A program made the position numbers and the translations under genes. The notes beneath the pieces are model-generated. The model was not told the origin of the DNA. It worked only from the letters and a program-made list of their open reading frames with translations, and made no database searches. Shown one piece after another: positions 1 through 12,700 of a stretch of DNA of 64,000 nt. Location: contig JAPMXV010000004.1 of assembly GCA_026936335.1 (NCBI GenBank), forward strand, positions 186,001 to 250,000, read 5' to 3'. Within the stretch, counting starts at the first letter, position 1; each line of letters starts with the position of its first letter. This DNA is from Mantamonas sphyraenae STR306. Its lineage: Eukaryota > Protista > CRuMs.

Positions 1-2
1 GC

Positions 3-425
3 TCCATCATGCACGGTCCCACACACGACTGCACGTACATTGAGGGAAAGCTCATCAACCAGGGCACCTGCCGCATCAGCGACATGAACCTCATTGTCGC
101 CGAACACTACTACACAGGCTGGGGCGCAGGGCTTCCCAGGCGCACATTCCTAGAGTACTTTCAGTACTGGACCCACGACGTCTACGACCTCATTCTCAGC
201 ACCATCATCAAGCAGCGCATCACCCTTTCGCCCTGCTCCCACCGTGCCAAGTGGCAAACAAACGCAGGCGTCCACGGTGGCGCTCCTGACCGCTGGGACA
301 ACCCGCTCCCCATCCTCAAGGGTGTCCAGCACGACGTCTATGCCGTGGAGAACAAGCCCCACCCGGACATGATTGTCCTCGACATCAAGTCCTTGCGAGA
401 GAAGCACCAAGCAACGAGGAGGTGA
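3..425 (+). CDS. 3' end of a protein-coding gene (5'-truncated by the window edge); unknown product, possibly a GT-A-fold glycosyltransferase-like C-terminus
   Basis: Frame is open from position 3 to TGA at 423-425 with C/G-ending codon bias. YYTGWG...YW...YD and GVHGG loosely recall glycosyltransferase motifs (weak). Confidence 0.55.
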   Translation, partial: SIMHGPTHDCTYIEGKLINQGTCRISDMNLIVAEHYYTGWGAGLPRRTFLEYFQYWTHDVYDLILSTIIKQRITLSPCSHRAKWQTNAGVHGGAPDRWDNPLPILKGVQHDVYAVENKPHPDMIVLDIKSLREKHQATRR

Positions 426-506
426 ACACACGGCACACACACAGAGAGAGACATGTACAAATCGCCACACTGCAATTCCTTTTTGTTGTTCGTCCTCACC
501 TCACAC

Positions 507-2369
507 CTAATAGCGCCAGATCTTCAGATAATGATCTTTCGAGCCGGAAGCGACTCGCTGGCCGTCGGGAGACCAGTCGACGGCAAACACCTCGTCGGCG
601 TGGCCAGGAAGCTCATTGGTCATCTTCTTGCGCCGCTCCTTCTTCAAATCCCACAGCTTGAGGGTGGAATCCTTGGAGCCCGACACCAAGAGCCGCGAGT
701 CGGAACTCCACGCCACCTGGTAGACGGCACCCACGTGTCCACGACACGTGCCCACAAACTTGCCCGTGCGTCCGTCCCACAGTTTAACAGACTTGTCAAA
801 CGAGGCAGAGGCGATGTAGTTGCCATCGGGTGAAAACACCACCTGGTTGACCAGCTGTTGATGGCCTGTCATGCGCTCCAGAGGCTTCTTGCTGTTCACA
901 GGGTCCCACATGTACATAGTAAAGTCGTCTGAGCCCGACACGAGCAGCTCGACCCCCTGGGCTGCCAGTGCGCTCTTGTATCGTTTCAGAGCCGCTTCCT
1001 GCGCCTCGTCATCGTCCTCGGGTCGCGTGCCGTACTCGTCGTACGGTCCAATGCGCATGGCATAGTCTGTGTTCAGTGCCATGGTGTTTACCCAATGGCC
1101 GTGGCCGTCCAGCGTGCGCACCAACTTGCCCTCTTTGTCGCTCCACACCTTGATGGTCTTGTCCTGCGAGGCAGAGTAGATCAAGCCCTGCCCTCCCCAG
1201 CGCACACATGTCACTTTCTTCTGATGGCCACTCATGGAGAAGAGCACCACCCCACGCACCGTGTCCCACACCTTGAGCGTTCCGTCGTCGCTGGCGCTCA
1301 CCAGCCGTCTGCACGCCGTGTTGCGATGGAATGGTTCCCAACACAGGGAAGTGACGTAACTGCGGTGGTTGGACATGGTGCGACCCACCTGCTCTCCCGT
1401 CTGTGGATCCCACAGGCGAATCTCACCCTTCATGCACGCCGACGCAAGCAGTTTCATGTCAGGGCTCCAACACACACTCAGAATCCATTGCGGGTGGCCT
1501 TTGCACGTAGCCAGCGGCAATTCTGTGTTCATCTCCCACAGGCGCACCGTGCAGTCGCCGCTGCCCGTGGCCAGCAGCTTGCCGTCGGGCGAAAACTGCA
1601 CCACCACCACCGCATCGTCGTGGCCCGGCAGTGACGACGTGCACCGCGACACAGGGCGCACACGAAACACAGCCTGCGGACGGTACGTCACCTGCAATAC
1701 TTGTTCTGCACTCTCCACGCTCGTTTCCACCGCTTCGCGAAGCACGTCCTCCACGGGCTCGTCCTCGTTCAGAAAGAACGAATACGGCATGGTCTCCTCC
1801 TGTGCGGGGACAACACACGCGCGCGCGGGTGTCATGGTCAGTGCACACAGGCACATGTCGACGTGTCAGTTCTTCTGTGCCTCGCTTGGGGGCAGCTGTG
1901 TGTGCGAAACGGCGGACTGCGCGACGCATGCTGCGGCACTCACGTTGTTCAGCAGCTGGTTGACAAGCAGCGACATGTCCTTGGTCACCATGTCCAAGGG
2001 CACTCGCAGTTGAGAGCCTGTGCGGTCTCCCTCCTCCGACACAAACTGCACAATGATGTTCTCAAGCTTGTCAAACTTGCGTTTGGCTGGCTTGTTGCCC
2101 ACCGTCCCGCCCTTCTTGTACTTGACCCGCCGCTTCTTCTTCGCCGCCTCGCCCGACACACTGCGCCCGTTGCCATCCGCGGTGGATGACGATGAGGACG
2201 AGGAGGAAGAAGACGAGGAGGAGGAAGACGACGACGACGACGAGGCTGTCGCACCACCGCTCTCCTCACGCGCTCCACTGGCGTCCCCAGCTCCCACCAA
2301 CGCCACGTCACCCTCGTCTTCCTCCACTTGGTCGCCTCGATCGCGCTTGCGTCCGTCCAGAGTGCTCAT
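507..2369 (-). CDS. NLE1: Notchless/Rsa4 ribosome-assembly WD40 protein; exons 2369-1944 and 1799-507
   Basis: NLE ubiquitin-like domain (IIVQFVSEEGD...LVNQLLNN|EETMPYSFF), YRPQAVFRVRPVSRC, eight WD40 repeats, LVSGSDDFT, GHADEVFAVDWSPDG. Phase-0 intron 1800-1943 with GTGAGT, CTGAC and CAG. Confidence 0.95.
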
Positions 2370-2550
2370 GCAACAACAACGACAGTGGATGGGTTGGCCT
2401 CGCAGACGAGCCACCCCGCCATGCACCCATGCACCCACACAAACACCCCAACACCCAACCGGAGACCATCCATTGCCAAACCAAGCAATGTTTGCCCGAG
2501 TGTGTGTTCCATCCGCTCGGCTGACCTCCCACCTGGTCCTCAACGAGGGA

Positions 2551-4935
2551 ATGGCAGCACGACGTGTGCTTCTGCGCACCTCGGTCCGCTCCGTGGCCAC
2601 CAGTGGTCGCCAGGGTAACAAACGCTCCGCCAGTGGCCCTCCCATGGGCATCAAGTCGCGCAAGGGTGGAGGAGCACGCAAAGGCGCATCGGGTCCCCGT
2701 CGAGGCGAGGGCAATGCAAAGGGCCCGCTGGCCGACGCCCTGGAAAACCAGCAGCCCACGGGCTGGTTCCAGAAACGCAGGCTGGCCAAACAGGAGGAAA
2801 TGACCGGAGCGCAGCAGGAATCCGTGGCGTCCACAACACCTCGGCAGGCCGCCCAGGGTCGCCAGACGAAAAACGTGAGAAAGGGCAAGAAGAAGCGACG
2901 ACGCAACGCAACACAGGCCGACGCCAGTCAAACTGTGCGCAAAATCCTCATTCCACAGGAAATCAGCGTGCGCGACCTAGCGGCCTCCATGTCTCTCAAG
3001 GCTGACAACGTAGGTTGGGCCGTACACGCAGCAGCCACGTGCCTGTCCGTGTTCGGAGTTGGAAGCATTCTTCCAAGTCCGCCCGAGTGTTCTTGCACCC
3101 GCGCACAGGCTCACACACGTCCCCCCAACCCACGCACCCACCCACCCACACACACACACACACAGCTTGTCAAGACTCTGGAACGTGAGCTGGGTGAGAG
3201 AGTCGAGTCACTGGACCAGGCGCTGCAGGCGGACGTAGCGGAGCTTGTGGTCAGCGCGTTTCCGGGCTTGGAAGCGGTGCACGCACCGTCGTTCCAGGAC
3301 GTCAAGCGAGCCACCAAGCCAAGTGACCCGTCTTTGCTTGTGCCGCGCCCACCCGTGGTGACGGTGATGGGACACGTGGACCATGGAAAGACGACGCTGT
3401 TGGATGCCCTGCGCAACTCGTCGGTGGCTGCGCACGAGGCAGGCGGCATCACACAACACATCGGTGCCTTTACGGTGCATTTGGACCAGTTTGCCACGCC
3501 AGTGACGTTCCTGGACACGCCAGGGCATGTGGCGTTCTCGGAGATGCGTGCTAGGGGAGCAAACGTCACCGACCTGGTCATCCTGGTGGTGGCTGCAGAG
3601 GATTCGATCATGCCCCAGACTGTGGAAGCCATCAACCACGCCAAGGCTGCCAACGTGCCGCTGGTGGTGGCCATCAACAAGTGCGACAAGGAGGGGGCCA
3701 ATCCGGACCGCACTCGCCAGGACCTGTTGGCCCACGGCGTCGTCACCGAACAGTACGACGGCGACACGCTGTCGTGTCAGATCTCAGCACTCAAGGGCGA
3801 GGGGCTCGACGAGTTGCTGATGTCCATCCAGCTCATGGCCGACGCCGCAGATCTGCGCGCAGACCCGACAGCCAATCCCGAGGCCGTTATTATTGAATCC
3901 AGAACCGACAAGGGACGCGGCGTCGTCTGCACCGCCCTCGTGCGAGTGGGCACCCTCAACAAGGGTCAGTATTTTGTCGTGGGCGAAGAGTGGGGCAAAG
4001 TGCGCACCATGACCAGCGACGACGGCGTCGCCCTCGACGCTGCAGGGCCCTCCAGCGCTGTCGAACTCACAGGCGTCCGTGGCAACCCACCCGTCGCCGG
4101 CGAGGATCTCATTGTGGTCGACTCGGAAGAGCGCGCCAAGTCGGTCGTCGAATACCGGCGGCTAAAGCGCGAGAGCGAAGAGCAGCGCGTGCTGTTTGAG
4201 CAATCCACAGCCGCCTCCTCCTCTGGAGGCTCACAGCAGGGATCGCTGGTGAGCAGCGAGAGTGACGCCGAAGGCAACGAGATCAAGGTGTTGCCGTGCA
4301 TTGTCAAGTGCGATGTGCACGGAACGATGCAGGCGTTGCTGAATGCGCTGGCCAAGTTTCCGCAGGATGAAGTCACTGTCAAGGTCATCCACTCGTCGGT
4401 GGGCAACATCAGCGAATCCGACGTGATGCTGGCCAGTGCCTCGAAAGCGCTGGTGCTGGGCTTCAATGTCAACCAGACCGGCACGGTGGCAGCTATGGCC
4501 AAGGAGAAGGACGTGCGTGTGTCGAGCCACCGCGTCATCTACGAGCTGCTGGACGACGTCAAAGCACACATGAGCGGCCTGTTGGATCCAGAGTATGAGC
4601 CGCAGGTGCACGCACGTGCCAGCGTCCACCAGGTGTTTCCCCTGCGCACACGACGCAGTGCAGAGCCAGCCGTCGTTGCTGGCTGTCGTGTCGTCGAAGG
4701 CAACCTCAACAAAAAGTGGCTGGTGCGCGTGGTGCGTGACGGCAGCGTTGTGGCCGAGGGGCTGCGAGTCACTTCTCTGCGCCACTTTAAGGACGAGGTG
4801 GACACCGTCAACAAGGGTCAAGAGTGCGGTGTCATGCTCGGCGAACACACGATGTTTGAGGACGGCGATGCTTTGGAGTTTTACTCTCTGGAGAGGGTGG
4901 ACCGCAGCATCGATGACAGCGCAGTGCGCAACTGA
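2551..4935 (+). CDS. MTIF2: Mitochondrial translation initiation factor IF-2; exons 2551-3009 and 3166-4935
   Basis: Arg-rich presequence [18 protein letters not shown] motifs [18 protein letters not shown]-terminal SLRHFKDEV...GQECG. In-frame intron 3010-3165 (GTAGGT...(CA)nCAG). Alternative upstream ATG at 2488. Confidence 0.93.
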   Translation: MAARRVLLRTSVRSVATSGRQGNKRSASGPPMGIKSRKGGGARKGASGPRRGEGNAKGPLADALENQQPTGWFQKRRLAKQEEMTGAQQESVASTTPRQAAQGRQTKNVRKGKKKRRRNATQADASQTVRKILIPQEISVRDLAASMSLKADNVGWAVHAAATCLSVFGVGSILPSPPECSCTRAQAHTRPPNPRTHPPTHTHTQLVKTLERELGERVESLDQALQADVAELVVSAFPGLEAVHAPSFQDVKRATKPSDPSLLVPRPPVVTVMGHVDHGKTTLLDALRNSSVAAHEAGGITQHIGAFTVHLDQFATPVTFLDTPGHVAFSEMRARGANVTDLVILVVAAEDSIMPQTVEAINHAKAANVPLVVAINKCDKEGANPDRTRQDLLAHGVVTEQYDGDTLSCQISALKGEGLDELLMSIQLMADAADLRADPTANPEAVIIESRTDKGRGVVCTALVRVGTLNKGQYFVVGEEWGKVRTMTSDDGVALDAAGPSSAVELTGVRGNPPVAGEDLIVVDSEERAKSVVEYRRLKRESEEQRVLFEQSTAASSSGGSQQGSLVSSESDAEGNEIKVLPCIVKCDVHGTMQALLNALAKFPQDEVTVKVIHSSVGNISESDVMLASASKALVLGFNVNQTGTVAAMAKEKDVRVSSHRVIYELLDDVKAHMSGLLDPEYEPQVHARASVHQVFPLRTRRSAEPAVVAGCRVVEGNLNKKWLVRVVRDGSVVAEGLRVTSLRHFKDEVDTVNKGQECGVMLGEHTMFEDGDALEFYSLERVDRSIDDSAVRN

Positions 4936-4968
4936 GCAGGTCGGCTCAGGCCGGCCGACACTGACCCT

Positions 4969-6702
4969 CTACAGCGACATCAGCAAGCCCGACGCGCTGA
5001 TGTTGTCGCCCAGACCGACGGTGCGTGTAGGCGTGTGGCACACAAACACGGGAGCCAGATAAAAGTCCAGGCCCGCGGCCGAGTTGGTCAGGTGCCAAAC
5101 CATGTTGTCGGCCGTCATGTTCCACGCCGAGCCAGCCTGGTCCACAGAACTGTCTGCAGGCAGTCGCAGCTGTGGGTCCAGTCTGAGGCTGACTTTGGAC
5201 TCGTGAAAGTGCAGCGAGCGCATGTCGCGCTGCTTTGTGCTGGCGTCGCGCGCCGAAGCCACCTCTGAATCTGCCCCACATGCGTAGCTGGTGGCCGACA
5301 GCGAGCCGTAGGCCACCGCCACTTCGGGGTCCTTCCACATGGCCGATGGGGCCGTGCTGCCGTCCGTGTGCATGAGGAGGTGAAAGGTGAGGTAGTGGAA
5401 ATGAACACGAGTCAGCTTGTTGTCACCCTCCTGCGCATTCAACGCCGCCATGATGTGCGTCAGGGCTTCCACCACGCTGTGAGGCGTCACTCCGTGCTCT
5501 TCAAACAGATTTGGCGGCGCAGAGCTCGGCATGGCCTCATGCAACGCTGAGTACGCCATGCGCAACTCCTGTTCGTTCAGACCCAACGAGTGCACACGAG
5601 GCACGCTGCGCAGGACCAGCTCACGCACAAACGTGCGCTTTGCCAATGAAGCAAGCTCCAGGTGCACCGGCACCCCTGCAGGCAGAGTGCTCAGCGACGA
5701 GACAAACTCGGTCAGCTGAGCGAGGGTGTGTGTGTGTGTCACGTGTCAGTGCCAGTGCAATGCACATTGTGTGAGAGAAGAGACGTTTGCGTTGGCCAGA
5801 TACAACACCCATGATGTAAAACCTACACGTGCTTCACGTTCGTCCTGCGAAAGGCCCTCGAGAAGATGCAAACCCGAAAGCACGATTACGTCTGGGTCGT
5901 GCATCTTGAGCTGGTGATGGAAACGCTCCAGCGTGGCCAGCTTGGCGTTTGCCAGGTCGCGTACAACAATGAACCGGTTGGCACGCTGGCTGGCAACGCC
6001 TGCGTAGTTGCTGGACGACGAGTACTCCCAGATCAGGTGGAACTGGTCCTCGTCCTCCTCCTCAGCACCCTCCATGTCCACCAGTTCGATGTCTGGATGC
6101 AGCAAGGGACGCAGTACAGGGCCCACAAGGCCACCCAGGAACACCTTGTGGCCTAGCCCTGCCAGCCGGTTCGCCATCAACGCCGCGTTTCCGCCCGGCA
6201 ACAAGCTGCTCTTGCCTCCCATCACACGGCTCGTCGATGCCAGCAGGTCAAACAAGCCATCCTCGCTCACAAACCGTTCGGCAGCCCCGCCCTGTGCAAA
6301 CCAGTGCATGAAACTCTGCTGCACCTGCCCACACGTGGCCAGTTCCTCGTGATCCTCGCCCTCCACTGTCGCCCCGGGCTCCAGCGGACAGGCAATCTGC
6401 AGCACAGACGTGGCCGGAGCCACGACATCCACATTGGCATTGTATCCAATGGCCACACTCTTGGACTCCATGGCCTGCGACTTGGCCACCGTCAACGCTA
6501 TCATCCCTTCCAGCTGGTCGTTCTGTGGTTGCTGAGCCCACAGGTTTAGCATCAGCGCCAACAGGGGCACCACAATGCCGAATATCAACCATGGAGACAC
6601 GCCCGGTTCGTCATTGCTCTTGCGAGGTCCTCCAACTTCGGATGATCCTACTGGAGGTTGCGTCTTGCCCACGCGTCGCCGTTCAGCCTTGACACGTGCC
6701 AT
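4969..6702 (-). CDS. ADPGK: ADP-dependent glucokinase, membrane anchored; exons 6702-5827 and 5715-4969
   Basis: VAIGYNANVDV, GGNAALMANRLA, RANRFI, LSGLHLL, HLELAS, SLGLNEQEL, RVHFHYL, TVGLGDNISASGL, plus an N-terminal TM segment. Intron 5716-5826. Alternative ATG at 6723. Confidence 0.92.
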
Positions 6703-6756
6703 TTCGCCATGCGTTGGGTCCATCAGCGCGCACACACACAAAACACATCACACGCG

Positions 6757-6762
6757 TTCATT
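6757..6762 (-). promoter_or_regulatory. Candidate polyadenylation signal AATGAA (representative of 10 such sites)
   Basis: Lies just downstream of the stop at 6780. The same hexamer sits at or within about 40 nt of nine other stop codons on the gene's own strand. Confidence 0.55.
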
Positions 6763-6779
6763 CGTTGTCACTCTTCCCT

Positions 6780-9700
6780 TCACTCGGTCTTTGCGTGTCG
6801 TTTGAGCTTGAAAAAGGCAAGCGTGCTCCTGCGCCGTGATTCCAGCACCTGCTTCGCTGCATCCTGCCATTCCTCTGATGTCTTTTGCCATGTCTCGGCA
6901 ATGTCCAGACACGTTTGCAATTCGCTGCTGCTCACTGCGTTGGCCATGCTCGTCGACATGGCCACCAGCTGCTCCACAGCCTCGTCCAGTTTCCCACAGG
7001 CAGCATCCAACTTGTTCTGCACTCCTTGCGCACTGCTGTTGATCGACGTCTGCAGCGAACGTCTCCACGCAAACGTCTCCTGCACAAACGCATCCGTTGC
7101 AAACGAACTCATCGTCTCCTGCAGCTCCTCGTCCAACAGCTCTGCCTCCTCCAACTGCCCCTTCAGTAGCTCGACTTGCCGCATCATTGCCCTTGCCAAT
7201 TGCTGCGCTTCCTTTTCCAGCCACTCGCTCTCTTCGCGCGCCATCCGCAGCGCCTCACCCGCCGTTTCCTCTCGTTGCGTCTCCAGTGCGACCTCTTCGC
7301 CCACCATCAACGCCTTTGATGACGACGTTGCCGATTGCGGTGTGTGTGTACGACTGCTCGCAGCTTCCACCATGATTTTGGGCCCCGCTACCATTGTTGG
7401 CACGATCACCTGTGCCTCCACAGCATTCCGCTTCTCTGCCCCCCCATCACCGTCTTCCTCTTCCTCCTCCTCTTCTTCCTCCTCCTTCTCCTCCTCCTCG
7501 TCGTTGCGATCCTTCTCCTGTACATCTTCACCCTGGCTTTCCCCCTCTTGGGGTTCATCGTCGTCAGAATCCTCTGCAGACTCTTTGATCACGTGCAGGT
7601 CACTGATGGACACCCCAAAGCTGGGGCGTCTGCTCATCCTCGGCTTGTTCAGGCTCAGCATCATTGGGCTGCTGCCCAGTTGGGTCGACCCCCGCCTGCT
7701 GTTGGTTGCAGATGCGGCTTCCGACGACCGAAGGCCGACAAGGTGGTTCAACGATTTGAGCGGAGGCGAAGCTCTGCGCGATTGGAGTGCTGATGTCCCC
7801 GTGCTCCCACGTCGCATTTCTCGTATTGCGTACGGCGACATGACATCGCCCGAGTTGGGTGTGGACAATTGCGATGCCAGCTTGCCCAACTCCTCCTGCT
7901 GGTTCACGAGTTCGCTCAGCACCTGCGACAACTCTTCTGCAATCACAGGCACGTGTGCCACCGCCGTGTCGCCGTCATCCTCGCGCCCATTGCCTTGTCC
8001 CATCCCCTGCATCTGTCCTTCCAACTGACCTGCCATCAGATTCGCTGTCAGCTTGTTGTTCAGGCTCTTCAGCCGCTCCGTCGCATGTACTGCCTGGCGT
8101 GCAGCTGCATTCTCCATCTCATCCAGAGTCTGTGCCTCGCGCATGGCTCCGCTACGTCGCACCATGTTGCGCATGCGTTCGCTCAGCACTGCCTTTGCCT
8201 TTTCCTCCTTGCTCATTTCCTGCTCCTTCTGCGCCTTTTCTGCAGCAGAGCGTTGCTCGTGTGTCACCACATCATCCAACAGCTTCTTTCGTGCCTCGTG
8301 GGCGGCTTTGGACAGCGACACCCATCGCAATGAGCGTGTGCGCATACCGGACGCACGATCGTTCAACAAACGTGCGAGTTCACCCATGGCGTGCACCTTG
8401 GCCGTGTCTCCTTGGTACAGAGTGTGCTGTGCCAGCGACGAGAGCACGTTGTTCACCACCTCGGCGCTCACGTCCATCGTTTCCGCCGCCTGACCCATGC
8501 AGTAGCACGCTCGTGACTCCATGCCCAACACATGTTGCATGCATTCCATGAGCATCGTTTCGTGCAACGTGGACATGCGTGTCCCTTCAAGCACCTCGGT
8601 TTGTGCAACCACTTCGGCCGCAAGCTTTTTGCCCTCTTCCATCATGCGTTCGCCGAGGTTGCTGTGCAGTTCGCTCACTGTGCGTCCCAGCGTCACGCAT
8701 TGATCCACCATGGCAAAGTAGTCGTCGCGTGCCCCCACTACCTCTTCTTCCAGATCATCGTGCTCCTTGCCCAGCGCAATCAGCTGATCCTGCAGATCCG
8801 AAGCCTCCTCAAAGCTCACTTCCTTCTGCTGAGCCAACAAGTCTGCCTCTGCTCTAGCATGCTTGCGCTTCACTCGCCTCGCCAACGTGTGCATCGCGTC
8901 CGCATACTTGCGCTGAAACTCGCAGGCCGCGTCCAGTGATCCGTTCATGTCGGCCTGTACCGACGCCAGCTTGGCGTCCAGTTTGGAGCGTCGCTCCGTA
9001 ACTTGGCCCATCACCGCTTGCAAAAAGTCAAACTCTACAGCTGCCGTGTCAGGGGTGTGGTCGCGCGTCAGCCTGTTCACCCACCGCAGCGTGTGCACAC
9101 CGCCCACAAACAGCCATCGCTCGCACTGCATCAATTCGTCGTACAGACTTTCGTGCTGTGCACACCTCATCTTGCCCAACTCTGCCAGGGCATGCGCCGT
9201 GCTTTTGTACATCGCGCACAGCGCTCGCTCCCGTGCCTCCGTTCGCTCCCTCCCCTCCATCTCCTCCTCCATCGCCTCGGCAATCTGTGCCCGAATGTAC
9301 GCGCTCTTTACAAGTTCTTGCGCTGCTTCGTCCATCACCCGCACATGCTCCTTTCCAACCGCTGCCTCGATTGCCTCCTCGTGCTGCGACATCGCCTCCT
9401 CCACCTCAAGGAGGTATTGCATCTCCAGCCTCTCTTCCAGTTTGTCGCGGCGTGCCCATGTGTCTGTATCTGTGGAGGGTCCCTCCGTCCCCGCGGCCTC
9501 GCTGCTGGTGTCCTCGCCCGCCCCGCCTTCCTTTTCCTCCTGTACCCCTTCCTCCGCTTGCCCCCCTGCGGTTGTAACTCCGTTGCGCAGCTGTGTTGCG
9601 AGCTGGATGCGGAACGCAGCTGCCTTTTCGTACTGCTCTGCCGCTTCCAACTCGCATGTGCGCACGCGATCCTGCGCCTCGAGGACCTTTCTGCGCGTGT

Positions 9701-12700
9701 TGTCCGCCTCCTGCTGCACCTTTTGCACACGCAGGTCCTTTTGCAGCTTTGCCGACGCCTTGGCAAGCACAGAGCCCACATCTTCACCCTGTGTGCTCTC
9801 CTTGCCCTCCTGATCGAGCCCCGCTTGCATCGCTTGCACTCGCTCCACCAACTGTTGGTACAACACCCTGAGCTCGATGCGTCGATACTGCCATTGTTCT
9901 TTGGCACGTTCAAGTCGCTGCGCCACGTCTCTGTGCAGATCTGCCAGTTCCATAACTCGTGTCTGTTCGGTCGCTTGCACCACTGCATACAACTCCTCCA
10001 TCGCGTTCAGCAGCATCCTTTTGTTTTCGCTCGTCATACGCATGCCTTTGGTCATTTGCGCCTCTTCCTTGCTCACCACAAGCGTAATCAACGGACCCGC
10101 CGCGCGAGGTGCACCTTGCGGTTTGGTTCCACCCTCTTCGACCTCCTCCCCGTCCTCCTCCCCGTCCTCCTCCTCCTCCTCCTCGCCATCCACCACCACA
10201 TTGTCACCCTCTTCCATATCCAGGGCCGCAATGTTGGCTCGGTGGTCCTTGATCAGCTCGTTGGCCTCTCGGCACGCGTCGAGGTTCCCTTGTAGCTGCT
10301 TGACGCAGTCCAGGTATCGCTCCGTCACTGCAACGTCGATCTGTCGAAGGGCTTCTGACAGATTCTCCAGCTTCCCTTCCAGGGCGGTGCGCTGCTGCAC
10401 GATGGAGAGCATCTTTGCAGCCGGGGTGCCGCGCAGCTCCATCTGGGCAGATTTCTCCTTGACCAAATGAAGCAGCTGCTGTGTGTGCTCTGCTCGCTTC
10501 TTCATGGTTGCTTCCTGCTTGCACATGGCCTTCATGCCGTTCAGGCGCATGCGTACGCTTTCACCCAGCATGGCCACGCCTGAACGGGTCAGATTCACTT
10601 GCTCGTGCTGTGCATCCACCAGCTCGGTACCCAGTTCATACTGCCTGTGTTCCGTCTGGTTTTTCAGCTCCTTCATCTGTGTGGCCACCGCCTTGGCGTC
10701 ACCCTCGGGCAGTTTGGCCATGCGCAGCAGATCGTGTCCGCTGTTCTCCTTCAGCTGCGCCATCTCCTGCAGTGACGAGTGTTTGGAAACCAAGACACGC
10801 TCCAACTGCTCCTCCTTGGCCAGCACATCTTCCAGCAGGCCAAACATAGACCGCTGGTGCAATTCACACACACGCGGAGGCAACGTGTCTGTTGCGTTCA
10901 CGAGTGTCTCCTTTGTTTGCAGCGTCTTGTTCAAAGACTCCAGTTGCTTGCTCATCAGCTCGATTTGACTGTCCAGCTCGTTGGTTTCTGCCTCCCGCAC
11001 CGACACCAGCGTCAACAGCGACCGATCTCCCAAGATAAACCCTGAATCCTGGCGTTCTCGGTGTCCATCTGCACTCACAGTGCGTGAACTTGTGGAAAGC
11101 ATGCGTGTGCGTTTGAACATGGCCGGCCGTGGCGTGCGAGGCCCACTCGTTTCCCCTGAGCCGTCGGGTGTCGCCCAAGTGCTGGATCGACCATACGGGT
11201 CCACCTGGGACTCGTTGGCCGTAGTCTCCACATTCTTCTGCTCGGAGACCTGTGACCGGCCGCCAGTGCCATCTTCGGAAGCAGAAACAGCTGCTTCCAA
11301 GCTTGCCAGCAGTTTACCCTTGCCTTTGCCTTTTCCCTTGGGCTGAGAGTCTGATGCCCCGTTGTTGTCACTCCCTGCGTCTTTTCCCGCTGTACCTGTC
11401 GAATCGGTGCGTCGCAGCTTGGATGCAAAGCTACCGTGGCCGAGCGAGTCGTTATCCCTACGGCTGGAGGCGGTCACATCGGCACCAGCGCGCTCCAGCA
11501 CAGTCTTGGCTGCGGCGCGCACGTGGACATTGGTGTGGTTCAATAGTTGTGTCATGGCCAGCGAGTTGATGGACGCGGCCGCCTCTGCGCTGCCGGTACG
11601 ATCGAGCCGCGCAAACGTGTCGTCAATGCTTGAAATGGCCACCAGTGCATGCAGGCGGACGATCACAGACGGGTCCTGCAACAATGCCGTCAACGCACTC
11701 ACCGCCATTCGTGCGTTGTCGTGCATCAGCCCAATGGCCGCTGCGGCCTGTGCACGCACACTTGGCAAGTCAAATTGCAAAGTTTCCATCAACATCGGCA
11801 ACGCATCCATGCCAAACTTGGACAGTGCCAATGTCTGCTTGCTGTGCACTTCCACGCGAAAATGCATGTCGTTGAGAGCCAAAGACTCGATGAGAGGCTC
11901 GATGGCCACGCTGGCCCTCGGCGAGCCAATCGTGCCCAGCGCAGTGGCTGCCTCGTCGCGCACCGCTGCCTGGGGGTCCTTGAGGCAGTCGATGAGAGCT
12001 GCGACCGTGCGCGAGTCGCGCGGAGCTGCTTCAACCAACGCCTGCACGGCGTGGATGCGGATCAGCACAGACGGCGAGCTGCACAGCCGCGTCAGCGACT
12101 TGATGGCCGGTTTGGTTGCATCCCGATGGCTCTTGCTGATCAGACGCAGGCCATGGATGGCATTTGCGCGAGGCAGTGGATCCAACGAGTCGTTGACGGC
12201 GAGGTGAACCAGTTCACTCACCGCCAGTTTTCCCAGCGACGCCAGTGCCTTGATTAGCTGCAAGGACATGCGCTGGTCCCGCTCTTCACACAGTAGTTTG
12301 GATAACTGGGACAAGCTCTCGCCTGCCAATGGGCCCAGAGTTGTCACGGCTCGTGCGGCCATGTACACTCGGTTTCGGTTTGGCTCTGCAAGCGCACGCA
12401 AAATCACATCTACGCTCTCGCGGCTCTCGTGTCTGTTGCAAATCCAGCATACAGAACTCGTATCCACCTCTGTCTGTGCGCTTGCGTTGGCCATTTCGAT
12501 TGTCTTGCCCATGCCCTCCCCTGCTTCTTCACCCGTCCCCACAGAGGCCTTGCCTTTGCCTTTGTCCCCATCTGTGCTCGAAGAGACAGAAAGAGCTTCC
12601 ATTCGGAAGGGGGTAAGGATGTGCTCCTCCTCGGCCAGGAGAGAGCGTGCCTCTGTCAAGCGGTCGCGGTAGAAACTGACCTTTGCGCGTGCCACATCCA

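Noticed and set aside
2020-2550. N-terminal extension of the 971-aa IF2 ORF containing a poly-Asp/Glu tract
   Set aside because: It is the antisense of Notchless exon 1 (poly-Ser) plus the divergent promoter. The targeting peptide begins at about 2551.
2551-4935. Bacterial infB suggesting a prokaryotic contig or contamination
   Set aside because: It has a spliceosomal intron and a mitochondrial presequence and sits among eukaryote-specific genes.
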